A DNA stretch of 63,751 nt, filler included, from Dimargaris cristalligena (GCA_003614675.1; 28 parts of 28 records of this genome joined end to end with filler, not necessarily neighbours in it), one strand, 5' to 3'. Shown: positions 1 to 11,447, numbered from the whole stretch's first letter. A program made the numbers and translations. Notes: a model not told the origin generated them from the sequence alone.

Positions 1-393
1 AGAATGAGGCGATGAGTAAAAATGGAGCATAAGCGTTACGCAAAATATAATAAAAAGCTCAGGATAGCAGCTATAGTAGTAGTCCGTAATTTACATATAT
101 GGATAAATAATAAAAATGCAACATTATTTAAGCAAATGGGAGGGGGGTGGACAACAGATACTAGCATTAACAGCAGCCGTAATGGGTATTAAATTGGGTA
201 TACGTATGCAGTAGTAGGGGGTTTTTTAACAAAAAAAACTAAGCATGTAATATAAAATTAATCGTGGCCCAGCCGCGCACTAAGAGGGACTTAAGTACAT
301 TACCCCGCCGTTTTCCCAAGCAAGTCATAGTAACAAAACAAGGTATATTTTGAAAAAGTTTACCATCCAAAGGCTCGAATGGTTCTTTTTGGA

Positions 394-2187
394 CTACAAA
401 ACGAATCGGTTGTTAATCACATAGGCCCAGCGCTCCAGCTCGTCTGTCCGGCCCTGGAAGTAATAGATGCCCATACGATCAACCAGGCGAAGCGTTGTTC
501 GGTCAGCCATAAGCGTAGCCGGGTGGACCTTGGTATCTAACTTCAGCACGTTCATCAGGTGCTGCCCGTGGGATTCCGTCTTCGAACACTGGAGCATAAT
601 GTCATTGAAGAGGTAGAAGTAGAAGATCATGCCGATCCGATGCGCCTTAATACCCAGGGGATGTTTACGCACGTTGCGGGTCGGTGTGACTTGCGATTCC
701 AGGTACAGGACGCCCCGGCGGATGAAGCGCCGGTGAGGTTGGATTAAGTGAATTCGATTTGATCCCCGGATATGATTGGCAATTTGGATAATGCGAACAT
801 TGCGTTCTTGCTCCCGTTTCTTCTCGTTAATCTCGTCCGCACGTTCCTGGATTTCGGCCAGGGCCTTCACCAGGTCGTCATGATCGGGATGGCTAGCGGG
901 TGTATTCTGTAGCAATTGATCAAGTAGAAGTTTGTAACGGGGTACGCGTTGTACGGGAAGGAGGAGGTAACTGAGCAGATTGATTTGGTTGTGGTGGGGG
1001 TGTCGCTTAGCCAGACTCAAAAACTTGGCGAATTTCTTCCGACTCTTCTCCAGGTCCGTAAGGAGCTGGGCAGCGTGGTCAAAGTTATTAACATAGACCG
1101 AGTAAATGCGAATAAATGCGGCATTGCGTAAAAACACTTTCCCGACCCGAGCCTTTGCATCATCCCGGATAGTCTGCTCCAGTTCCGGTAGAATATGGTC
1201 GCGGTGGAACATGAGGATAGTATCGACGTTGCCGAATATCGTTTTCATTTCCACGGGGGAAAGCACCCCACGGAATTTGGTCGCGAGTTGCTCGGCCTCG
1301 TTCTGGTTGTTCGTCGTAGACTTGAAGGATTTCATAAGGGATGGTCCGCCGAAGGGGGTGGCCAAGGAGGTTGACAAAATGGGGTGGTGGTGGCCATGGG
1401 AAGGGTTAGGAGTAGTGCCGAAAACACTTCCACCCGGGGTCGGCAGTTGGCTGCTTCCACCGCTGGTACTGTCCAAGTCTTGTAGGGAATCCTGAGAAAT
1501 CTTGTGCTGGTGGGAGTGAAAGTGCGACGTCTCGGAAACACCCGAAGTATGGGTCATCGGATGAGCAGCCCGCTGGTGCGAGAAGTATGAATCAGCCGGG
1601 GGATGCATCGCGGCTTCGGGTAATGTATGCAGTTCGTAGCTGGATGAGCCACCGCCGCTAGGGTCCCGTTGGTGCATGGTCAATGAGTGCTCCACTTCAC
1701 TGCTGGATTTACCGACAGCCGGCAGTAATGATGTAGGGTGACCCCCAGTTTCAGCACTAACCTCGACCCCACAGAGTTTGGCCATTGAGGGGTCGATTGG
1801 ACACATGTAGATAGACACAAGGCTCATAAGACAATCCACATAAGTACGCTCCGTATCCAGAATCTCGGATAGGATATTGGCCCGCTTAGTAGCGCACGTA
1901 GTTGCTGGTGGGGTTACTTGTGGGGGATGCCATTCGCCGAGGTGGCTTCGATCAGAAACACTGCCGGAAGCGCCTCGGCGGACATTAGCCAAAGTGTTCA
2001 AAGGATCCGCAGAAACGCGCCGCAGGATGGCGTGTGAGTTGGGCTCTGACGTCTGCATGGTTCCATACTTAATTTTCATCTCCAACTGATGGGTTTCCGC
2101 CGTTCCGGGATCCAAATCCCACTCGTCCCGTAGTAGTCCCAAAAGTCGGTAAAGGTCGGGCATGGGTTGCGACGATCGTCGACCCAT
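394..2187 (-). CDS. Dbl-family Rho guanine nucleotide exchange factor (DH + PH); may be 5' truncated
   Basis: KRANILSEILDTERTYVDCL (DH CR1) and LLSYLLLPVQRVPRYKLLL (DH CR3); PH-like RRFIRRGVL...YFYLFNDIML; DH domain split by a S/H-rich insert. Confidence 0.9.
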   Translation of the reverse strand: MGRRSSQPMPDLYRLLGLLRDEWDLDPGTAETHQLEMKIKYGTMQTSEPNSHAILRRVSADPLNTLANVRRGASGSVSDRSHLGEWHPPQVTPPATTCATKRANILSEILDTERTYVDCLMSLVSIYMCPIDPSMAKLCGVEVSAETGGHPTSLLPAVGKSSSEVEHSLTMHQRDPSGGGSSSYELHTLPEAAMHPPADSYFSHQRAAHPMTHTSGVSETSHFHSHQHKISQDSLQDLDSTSGGSSQLPTPGGSVFGTTPNPSHGHHHPILSTSLATPFGGPSLMKSFKSTTNNQNEAEQLATKFRGVLSPVEMKTIFGNVDTILMFHRDHILPELEQTIRDDAKARVGKVFLRNAAFIRIYSVYVNNFDHAAQLLTDLEKSRKKFAKFLSLAKRHPHHNQINLLSYLLLPVQRVPRYKLLLDQLLQNTPASHPDHDDLVKALAEIQERADEINEKKREQERNVRIIQIANHIRGSNRIHLIQPHRRFIRRGVLYLESQVTPTRNVRKHPLGIKAHRIGMIFYFYLFNDIMLQCSKTESHGQHLMNVLKLDTKVHPATLMADRTTLRLVDRMGIYYFQGRTDELERWAYVINNRFVL

Positions 2188-2215
2188 GGCTTCGGGAAGA
2201 CCGGTCGAATTATTG

Positions 2216-2315
2216 NNNNNNNNNNNNNNNNNNNNNNNNNNNNNNNNNNNNNNNNNNNNTTAATTAATTAANNNNNNNNNNNNNNNNNNNNNNNNNNNNN
2301 NNNNNNNNNNNNNNN
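2216..2315. other. Artificial contig spacer (N44-TTAATTAATTAA-N44); first of 27 such spacers
   Basis: The same 100-nt N block with an all-frame stop linker recurs every ~2.3 kb. Confidence 0.98.
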
Positions 2316-2604
2316 CGACGTGTTTACCGCCCCACAACAATTTTCGGGTCTCGGGCCGGGCTTCCGGGGCGGTGGGGATCGCCAATTTGGCCGGATCGAG
2401 GCTGGCGGGGTTCTGAGGCAGCCAGCGCTTGAATCGACCGAGTCCCCCTGGTAAGGTACGTTTGGTGCGGATTGGTACCATCACGGCCGGGAACGAGGCT
2501 TGTAATAGGGTAGAGAGGGACCCGCTCAGCATAGAAGGTGCGAATCGGGTCGTCCGGCGGCCCACTATCCGCTGGGTACCCAGGCGTAATTGTAGTAAAC
2601 TCAT
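2316..2604 (-). CDS. Inverted N-terminal segment of the S9A peptidase at 3226+ (R/S/L-rich, mitochondrial-presequence-like)
   Basis: CCCACC-ATG start; MSLLQLRLGTQRIVGRR...IPTAPEARPETRKLLWGGKHV ends in the same GGTAAACACGTCG that begins the + strand ORF (GGKHVDPFAYLE). Confidence 0.75.
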
Positions 2605-3225
2605 GGTGGGGGGGGAACTGAGGCGAGCGAGGTCCAAGGCCAAATGCAAGGTCAAATAAATGAGTTGGTGCTCGATCCCAAAAGTTGCGAAGTTATGGAT
2701 GAGAGAAACGAGGGCCAATGCAGTCGGATTATGGTCTCCCGGGTAGGATTCAGAATCTAAATTGGAGTGACTGGAAGAATCTATAGCTGAATGCGGTGGG
2801 CCACTTTCTATAGGTTGCCCAAGTTCAATTTGCCCGGTTCCGGTTGGGTTGACCGTCATTTGTATCTATATTTTTTTGAATTTTTGGCTAATTAGCTATA
2901 ATTACTGCGGCTGATTAAAAAGCGGCCATACTAAGGCCAAATCACAAGTCTCTTCATGCCCCGAATATATTAGTTAGCCGAGTCTGGGGAATACCGGTAC
3001 TATTAATGGACAAGGCTTTCAATAGTGTACTTCGGGCAAACTATAATCGAGAGAAAGGTGGTGTGATAGGTTTATTGCAATTCAAATTGATTAATGGGGG
3101 CGAGAAACCTAGGCTGAATGGGTCTAGGAAAAAATGGAGCGAAGCAAAGTGCGGGGAGGGCCATATGTATAGCTGTCCGAATTCAAATCCGGATAATCCA
3201 ACTGGTTAACTTAGGTTGTGTGGGT

Positions 3226-4528
3226 GGTAAACACGTCGACCCCTTTGCCTATTTAGAGCGGGACGACGACCCGGCCACCCAAGCGTATCTAGGCCGGGAG
3301 GAAACCTTCACTACGGAAATGGGTAAACTCACCCATTCACTGTGGGAGAAACTCCTGGACGAAATGGAACGGCTCAACCAACTGGGTAGCGAAGCGCCCG
3401 TGAAGTTTACCCGGATCGGAAAATGGGACTTTTATACCCGCAACTTCAAAAACTATCTGGGCACCGGCGACCAAACCGACGCGGGCTACTACCGGATGAA
3501 ATTCCGGTCGGATGAGGAAGGGCCCCGGGTCGAAGAGAAACTCCTGGACACCCGTCTGATGCGGTGGCGGGGGTTTATCGCCGGCAAACTCGTACTGGCG
3601 CCCAACCCCAATTATTTTGCGTTTACGGTGCGGTCCAAGAACGACCCGGGAACCGAAACCGCGGAACTGTGGGTACAGCACATTAACGATAAGGGCGTGG
3701 TGGACACCATCACAATCATCCCGAACATCCTCAACTTCGTGTGGTCTGGGGATAGTAAGAGCATCTACTATACCGTACTTGACGAGCGGCTGCGTAGTTC
3801 CAAAGTCATTGTGCGTTCCGTCGAATACGAGGAGGAAAATCGCCTGTCGGGGAAACACCCCCGCCAGCGCGACCGTGTCGTGTACGACGAGATTAACCCG
3901 CATTGGTTCCTGGATATTTCGCGGTCCAAGGACGACAAATACATTATTATCCACAGCGGGTCCTTGACCTCCTCGGAAGTTCACCTTATTGATGCTACCG
4001 AACACTACAATCCCATCCAACGCCCCGATTTTTTCCCCAAGCCTGCCCTGGTCGAACCCCGGGCCCCGGGGGTGGAATATTTCGTGGACCACCACGAGGA
4101 TAAACTGTTCGTGTTGACCAATCGCCAGAGCCCCAATCAGTTCCGCATGATGATCACCTCCGTTGCTAAATCGGGGGCCACCCATTGGCGCGAATGGATC
4201 AAACTGCAGCCCGACGAAACGGTCGAGGATGTGGACGTCTTTAAAAACTACGTAGTTACATACGGTCGGCGGAGCGCCCTCCCGTTCATCCAGGTGCACC
4301 GCTTCAACTTACCCGCTGATGCTCCGGCGGATGCCCACCGTTACGAAATTCCCCTACCCGAAAAATACTGCATGGTCCGCCCCTCCATTAACCCCGAGTA
4401 CGATACCAATATTCTGAAGTTCACCTACAACTCGCCCTTCACCAGTGAACTCAATATCGAGTTTGATATGGAAAACCGCCGGTTGCTGGAAATTGACGGC
4501 CGGCAGTTACAGAACTTCGGTCCCCAAG
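3226..4528 (+). CDS. Prolyl oligopeptidase family S9A (oligopeptidase B-like), N-terminal beta-propeller, partial
   Basis: DPFAYLERDDDPATQAYL, NFVWSGDSKSIYYT, SRSKDDKYIIIHSGSLTSSEVHLI, VEYFVDHHEDKLFVLTN; runs off the contig. Confidence 0.88.
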
Positions 4529-6639
4529 NNNNNNNNNNNNNNNNNNNNNNNNNNNNNNNNNNNNNNNNNNNNTTAATTAATTAANNNNNNNNNNNNNNNN
4601 NNNNNNNNNNNNNNNNNNNNNNNNNNNNCTTACACTACCCGGCCCAATTAACTATTGTGCAGGTTAAAAAAAATCATGTCGGTGGTTTTATCTATATTAT
4701 CGCCCCCTCACAACGGGGATTTAGAAAAATAAAAAGGGGTGTGGTCTCTCGATAGATGAATGCAAAATGAATCTCTAGCTGGCCAGCTGGTTAAATTACT
4801 GAAGGATAGGGAGAATGGGTAATCTAGTTAGTTTCGTTTTGGATAGGGGTATTCGGGGGCAGACTGCTCCCAACACTTGGCTGATTGGAGGGGTGGACTT
4901 AATAACGGATAAGATATAAAGCACATATTAACTCCGACGATTCCTATATAGAAATATGGGAGATTCTAAATCCACTTTTTTCCCTATTGTTTTTCATTTT
5001 TTATATACTTCGATGTGAGTTTTCATCAATAAATGGTATTCCTGGTGAATATTAGCCAAAACATAGAAATGTAGTTATCTATCCATCTCGTTCCATGGAG
5101 ATAGGGAAAGGAAGAGTAGGGGCGGCACCCGTCCCACCCTCCGTTCTCGCGCTCTTTTACCCAGCCATCCCCCCCTGGATAATAAACGGGGTGTACGAAG
5201 CTATGTGGTACTGCGAATTCATGGTTAATAGCCAATGATATTGACCAGCCGGTACCCTATTGAAATCTTTACCTTGGCAATCGGACTATATCTTCCCATA
5301 TGGTTTTCGTCGGCCCAACATCTAGATGCCAGCATCGCCCAAAGGGAAGACGACTTGGATGGTTGCGTGACCTACCTCCTAGAGGCCAATCTGCAATCAC
5401 ATAATTCCCCCCATAGCCAGGAAACCCAATAAAGAGCGCAGCCATAGGTGTCATAAATGTCCAAAAATAGGAATGGGCGAAGTTGCTGCCGCTCTCCACA
5501 ATCCAACTAAATGGAAAATGTCCCTTACATACACCAGTCCATATCTACTTTTTTCAATGGTGATTGCACTCGGTCATATAAAATGGATGATGCTATCTGC
5601 TAAGCAATTCCAACTGGCATAGTTGTCCGCGGTTTCATGAAAGAGAGAACATGAATATGGGTATATGAATGTGGCAGGCTGGTACCTATCGACCTAGCCA
5701 TGAAAGTAAGCCCAGCTAAAAAAGCACACTGTGAACATGAAGCGGAGGGATTGTAGCATCCGTAAATGATCATTGGAGGTAGCCTGCAATTGGATAAACT
5801 GGCTTGTTGGTATACAATAGCTTTCCTTCCAAGCCATCCCCCCCAGCACCATCACCCACAATAGAGGTTGAGGCATCACCTACCCCCAAAAATATCCGCG
5901 ACAATAGCTGCACCAGACATGGAACAATATGCTGCTCCAAGCTACTCGTCGCATATTTACTGAGTGTTACTAGCATGATTACCTGCTTTATTGGTGGTTG
6001 TTTCTCTAGGGACAGGGAGGACCGGGCCCATTTAATAGGCAAGGTCAGTGCTGGGTGCCGCTGCAGGACCTATATGCTTAACAGCTATTCCATCTATACT
6101 TATTGATGACTAGTCTAGGGTTGGGGTGTGTGGATACTCGGGGGATGACGAGTTGGCGGAGTTAAACGATGCAGAATTTAGCCAGGGGCGAGTGTTGGAA
6201 TATAAAATGTGGTAACAAAACTGGAAGTAAAGGAAGAAAGCAGCTAGAGGACGGGGGGAGGGGTAAAGTTAGAAAAAGAGGCCGAATAGCAAGCCGAATC
6301 GGGCCGCAAACTGTTTAAACACTTAATTCTAAAATAGTTTCCTGAAACCTCCCCTCACCATCCCTCGGTGGTATACCAGTCCCAATTCGGGGCACTTTCC
6401 GTATCACCCTTGGGCTTAGCATTAGCAGATTCGGCTTCCCCATTCTTGCGGCCCCCTTTTCCATAAAAACTACACTTTCTGGTAGGGAGGTTTTGCAAAT
6501 TTTCTTAATGTACTCTTCTACCAATTTTATAATTTTAAATGGTAGCCCATCTGTTCGATATTAATAACAATATATATCTATAGGAAAGAAAAGCTGGATA
6601 TTCCTATTTGGCAAGTAACTCCTGTCTGATCAAAGGGAT

Positions 6640-6840
6640 TGTCGCCCGAGTTAACCACTCTTAGTCCGTCAAGAGTCTCGGGGGTAGGCTTCTAACAGTA
6701 GGCGGGGCGTTGGACACGGCCAAGCGGGCTACTAGTGTTAGGGGGGGATGACAAGACTAACCGAATAAAGCAAGCGTAGGACGTAGGCGAGGTCCGTGCA
6801 CTAGATGCACACTTACTGGTCAGTACTAGGGGGTGTGTGA
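6640..6840 (-). repeat. LTR family B, terminal fragment
   Basis: Starts TGTCGCCCGAGTTAACCACTCTTAGTCCGTCAAGAG; related to copies at 32079, 34066, 54181, 59360-59833, 61281 and 62296-62886. Confidence 0.8.
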
Positions 6841-6940
6841 NNNNNNNNNNNNNNNNNNNNNNNNNNNNNNNNNNNNNNNNNNNNTTAATTAATTAANNNN
6901 NNNNNNNNNNNNNNNNNNNNNNNNNNNNNNNNNNNNNNNN

Positions 6941-7122
6941 TCCCCGGTTGTCCTAGTTGTCCCTATCTGAAGATCAGATAAGAATTGTCCCCGCCAAAGT
7001 GCGTGTTTCCCTTAGCCAGTTAGTTTTTCCCACTAGACTGAGGCTGCTCCAGTTGGCCCTGATAAGGTTATCGGGCTATATTACCTTGTGGTATTAATTG
7101 TGACCACAACACTTGGTAGCGA
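6941..7122 (+). mobile_element. 3' part of 5' LTR (ends ...CACAACA at 7111) and primer-binding site TGGTAGCGA (7114-7122) of a Ty3/gypsy element
   Basis: CA terminus, 2-nt spacer and a TGG-initiated PBS resembling the tRNA-iMet type, 113 nt upstream of the gag ATG. Confidence 0.7.
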
Positions 7123-7234
7123 TGCTACGTTCGTTTATATTTTTCTATTAAGATTATCATTTGGTATTTTCCGCCTAGTTTTGGAACCTCGTTGTATTTT
7201 TTATTTTTATTTTTTTTTATTATCACCGCCCACC

Positions 7235-8434
7235 ATGTCCATTGACCCCGCCCGCTTAGTTGCTACGATAGAAGAACTACAGGAGGTAGTACGTCAACAA
7301 ATGGAGCAGATCCAACAGCTCCAGGCCCAGCAAGCACAAACTGCTGAACAGACCACCCGGGCATTCAATAAATTTGGGGAGCAAATGGCCACAGTTCAGG
7401 GTGTAGTTACGGAGGTCAAGGACGTAGCTGCCGAAGCCCAGGGGGCTGCATCTAAAGCCCAAGAGACTGCTGCGGGGGCACAGGCAACTGCCCAACATGC
7501 CCAGCGCACTGCCCGGGAGTCCCAGAAAGCCACCGCTAATACCCAGGCTGCCTTGGGCGGGGTACAACAGGCTATTGCCAGTGAAGGTCAAGCACGGAGT
7601 ACATTAGAGAGAACTCTTGCAAATGAGCAGGCCGTCATTGCCCAGTTACAACAAGCACCAGTGGCCAATAGATCCAGTTCCTCTGTTCGAATTAAGGACC
7701 TACCTGAGTTTTCAGGTAACCAAGATGAGGACATTAGCCAATGGCTACGTATGGGCCGGTTGATGACTGAGGGCCGAATGGCCAGTGAGTCTGATCGGGT
7801 ACGCCATGTTGCTGCATCATTCCGAGGTCGTGCTATGAATTGGTACCTTAATGCTTTAGAGCATATACCAAATATCCTGGATTGGGGAGTATTTGCTGCA
7901 ACTGCAATACACGAATTTACAGACCCTCAAGCTACCCAGCGAGTTCGCATCCAAATTGCCAGTCTAAGATTCCATAGGGATATGGACCAATTTATTGATA
8001 AGTTCTTAGAACTTGTTAGTCGTGTTCCTGGTATGACCGATGAGGAGGCCTTACATTGGTTTGTCAACAAGTTACCCCGTGAGGTTGCTGTATTTGTTCG
8101 CAATGACAATCCCACTCGCCTAACTGAGGCTGTACAAAAGGCCCAGCATATTTTTGCATCATACAACCCGATGTATCAGCCACGCCACCGGTACCACTCC
8201 AATTCTAACAATGGAAGCCCACGCTTTGGAGGATCTGGCCCTATGGATCTGGATAATGTGTCCCGCTTACCCCCTGATGAAATGAGTCGTCTACGTCATC
8301 TGAAGGCCTGTTTTCACTGCAAACGAACAGGGCATATTAGCAGGTTTTGCCCTCAATGTCAGGCTCAAGTTCAGGCTAACATAACTGAAGGACAAGATGA
8401 GCAGCTGGGAAACGAGCACCCCTGGGCAGCCTAG
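7235..8434 (+). CDS. gag: Ty3/gypsy Gag (Q/A-rich coiled coil, capsid, CCHC zinc knuckle)
   Basis: CACC-ATG at 7235; LPEFSGNQDEDISQWL capsid motif, GPMDLD, CFHCKRTGHISRFC. Confidence 0.92.
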   Translation: MSIDPARLVATIEELQEVVRQQMEQIQQLQAQQAQTAEQTTRAFNKFGEQMATVQGVVTEVKDVAAEAQGAASKAQETAAGAQATAQHAQRTARESQKATANTQAALGGVQQAIASEGQARSTLERTLANEQAVIAQLQQAPVANRSSSSVRIKDLPEFSGNQDEDISQWLRMGRLMTEGRMASESDRVRHVAASFRGRAMNWYLNALEHIPNILDWGVFAATAIHEFTDPQATQRVRIQIASLRFHRDMDQFIDKFLELVSRVPGMTDEEALHWFVNKLPREVAVFVRNDNPTRLTEAVQKAQHIFASYNPMYQPRHRYHSNSNNGSPRFGGSGPMDLDNVSRLPPDEMSRLRHLKACFHCKRTGHISRFCPQCQAQVQANITEGQDEQLGNEHPWAA

Positions 8435-8452
8435 CCGGCCCTGTCCAAGGGG
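8407..8452 (+). promoter_or_regulatory. -1 programmed ribosomal frameshift signal
   Basis: G GGA AAC heptamer in the gag frame (8407-8413), 5-nt spacer, hairpin CCCCTGGGCAG/CTGTCCAAGGGG (8419-8452). Confidence 0.8.
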
Positions 8453-9058
8453 AATTATTAGCACTGTCATTCCCGGCCCCACTTGCATACACTAAGCCCA
8501 TTGCCCTACAGTATACCAAGGATGACCCCAGTATCCCAGACCTGAAATATGCCAATGACCAAGCTGTTGGTTTTGATCTACCCTGTCTACAGGCACAGAC
8601 AATTATACCTGGACAACCCCATAAGATATCCACTGGTATTCGGTTTGTCCCACCTCCAGGCTTCTATGTCCAGTTATTTCTACGGTCCGGGGCCAGTGCC
8701 TCTGGCTTAGCCTTAGCAGGGGGTGTAATTGACCCTGACTACCGGGGTCCAGTTATTAGTGTTATCCATAACATTACTACCAAAGTTATTACAGTGCCCG
8801 CTCATTCTTGTGTTGTACAAGGGGTATTGTTACCTCACCACCGGGCCCTGCTCCAGGTTACTAGTCAGCTACCCACTACTGAGCGCCAAGAACAAGGTTT
8901 TGGATCTACTGATGCCCTAGTGGCAGAAAGTAATGCTTATCCCCTCCTCCTCCTCCCAGGGACTAGCCAAGGGCACAAGGTTACAGCTCTCTTTGATCCT
9001 GGAGCTACTAATAATTTTCTATCGGCTAAATTAGCTGAAAGGTTAGGACTGTCCCTTC
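8413..9058 (+). CDS. pol: Pol 5' part in the -1 frame: dUTPase followed by an aspartic protease (truncated by insertion at 9059)
   Basis: Manual translation gives AVGFDL (8563), LRSG (8680), GGVIDPDYRG (8719-8748), VVQGV and ERQEQGFGST (8881-8910), then KVTALFDPGATNNFLS. Confidence 0.9.
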
Positions 9059-9149
9059 TGTGGTGAACTTACCACATTTTTTACCTACTTTTATTTTTTA
9101 TCTATTTTTCGCACTTATCGGAAGTATGCCCCTGACAAGTGAATGACCG
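9059..9149 (+). repeat. Repeat family A terminus (TGTGGTGAACTTACCACA...), inserted into the gypsy protease
   Basis: Same sharp TG terminus at 15869, 20511 and 31856, and reversed at 48062 and 61807, each with different flanks. Confidence 0.85.
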
Positions 9150-9249
9150 NNNNNNNNNNNNNNNNNNNNNNNNNNNNNNNNNNNNNNNNNNNNTTAATTA
9201 ATTAANNNNNNNNNNNNNNNNNNNNNNNNNNNNNNNNNNNNNNNNNNNN

Positions 9250-11347
9250 ATTGACCAAATGGTCGATGTGGTCAAGATCCGGCAGCGGGAAGGCCAGCTC
9301 CAGCCCGAAGCGTGGGTGCGGGTCAAGCGTGGTAAATACGCCAACGATCTGGCCCGCGTCATATCCATCGAGGACTCCCAGGACACCGCCGAAATTCGCC
9401 TCATCCCCCGCCTCGACTTTGGCACCCATCGGGAGGCCATGGACGACGACAGCGCCAAAAAACGCAAGAAAGCCCCCTTCTACAACAACCCCAATGAGCC
9501 GCGACCGCCCCAGCGTCTCTTCAACCCGCAAGAGGCCAGTCGGCTCGATCGCAACAAACCCTTGGTGCCGCGTGGCCGAGGTATTTTCATGTACGGCAGT
9601 GACCTCTACCGGGACGGTTTCTTGGAGAAAATGGTCAAAATCAGCAGTCTTATCACCGAAAATGTCAACCCAACTCTAGACGAAATCGCCAGGTTCTCCA
9701 ACGTCGATGGCACGGACGAAGAAAACGCTCTATCCATCTCAGCCCTGGCCGGTTCGGCCGCCACCGAGTCCCTCTCGGCCGCTAACATCCGGCCCGGCGA
9801 CCAGGTCGAGGTAACGGAGGGGGATATGGTCCACGTATATGGTGTGGTCGTGAGCGTCGACGGAACCGAAGTGCTCGTACACCCCCAAGTAGCAGGCTTG
9901 ACCGAAACCTTGCGCTTCTCGGCCAAACAACTTCGCAAACGCTTTCAGCCGGGTAACCATGTGAAAGTGGTCAGCGGCCGCAATGCCGGTGAAGCCGGTA
10001 TGATCGTTGCCGTGTCCGAAAATGTGGTCACCCTACTGTCCGAGATTTCGTCCAAGGAGATCACCGTTTTTTCCAAGGACCTGCGGGACTCCGGCGATTC
10101 CAGTGTGCTTCTGAACCCCAACACGGCGGCCAGCCAATTCGAACTGTACGAACTTGTCACCGTCGACGAGAACGTTTCGGCCGTGGTGATCAAAATCGAG
10201 GGGGATAACCTGCAGATCATTGACCAAAATGGCACCGTGCGCATGGCCCGGGCCAGCCAAATCAGCCGTCGCAAGACGAACCAGAACGCGGCTGCGACTG
10301 ACTCGCGCGACTCTATTTTCCGAGTCGGCGATCAGGTCCGCGAGGTCCGGGGCGAAAACCGGGACGGTACCGTGCTTCACATCAACCGCGCCTTCTCGTT
10401 TGTGCGGTCCAAAGAGCAATTCGAGAATGCCGGTGTGTTCGTGGCGCCCAACCGCAACCTACTCAATGTGGGGGTTAAAGCGGGGTCGGACTCCATGACT
10501 GGGGATATTAACTCATATATGCGGGCCAATCAAATGCCTATGCGAGGCCGCGGGCGGGGCCGGGGCCGGGGTGGAACCGGATTCACGGCTATGAATCGCC
10601 GGGGACCCCGGGACAAGCTGGTATCCGCCACGGTGATGATCACGAGTGGGCCGTACAAGACATACATTGGGATCGTTAAGGAGGTGACTGACGGCAAAGC
10701 TCGCGTTGAACTGCATACTAACAGTCGTTTGATTTCCATCGAGAAGCGCCAATTAGCGGTGCAGAATAGCTCAGGGAATTTCCTCCCCTACGAGGAAGAC
10801 CAGTCCATGGGTCCTCCAGGCAGCCAACGCTACAGCGGCGGAGGTGGTGGTGGCATAGGGGGTGGTCGGGTGGAGTACTCGTCCAGTCCAAGAGGTGGAT
10901 TCGGCCGCAACCGTTTCGGCGGCGACGACAACGGCTCGCGAACTCCGGCCCATAACTACAGTGGGTCCCGGACCCCTATGCATCGTAACGACGGATCGCA
11001 GACTCCTTTCCACATGGGTGCGGACGGCTCCCGTACTCCTGCCTGGGATTCGGGCAGTCGTACCCCCAACCCGCGCGGGACCGGCCGGTCCAGCACCTGG
11101 GATAGCTACGATAATGGATCATCGACTTCGGCCTGGGACGCCGGAAGCAGGACACCCCACTGGGGCGGTGGCGGCTCCCGACAACCGTCTGATTACGATT
11201 CACACAGCGGAGGAGGAGGCGGTGGCTGGGGGGACGAAACGCCCAATTCTAGGGCCACTCCAGCGTACGAGCCGTCAGTTAATAGCTGGGGAAGTGGAGC
11301 CACGCCTCAATCGACGGTGGCTACCCCAGCCCCGGCTGATGGCTGGG
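9250..11347 (+). CDS. SPT5: Transcription elongation factor Spt5, partial (KOW domains and C-terminal repeats)
   Basis: WVRVKRGKYANDLARV, LIPRLD, RPPQRLFN, GPYKTYIGIVKE, KARVELH; GSRTP[A/M/H]x repeats. Confidence 0.95.
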
Positions 11348-11447
11348 NNNNNNNNNNNNNNNNNNNNNNNNNNNNNNNNNNNNNNNNNNNNTTAATTAAT
11401 TAANNNNNNNNNNNNNNNNNNNNNNNNNNNNNNNNNNNNNNNNNNNN

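Noticed and set aside
2260-2271. Regularly spaced TTAATTAATTAA repeats and ORFs ending XXXLIN
   Set aside because: Artificial concatenation linkers; not a CRISPR array or biological repeat
3337-4299. Long antisense ORF (likewise those opposite SPT5, DYN1, HRD3 and OYE)
   Set aside because: Shadow ORFs of GC3-biased real genes
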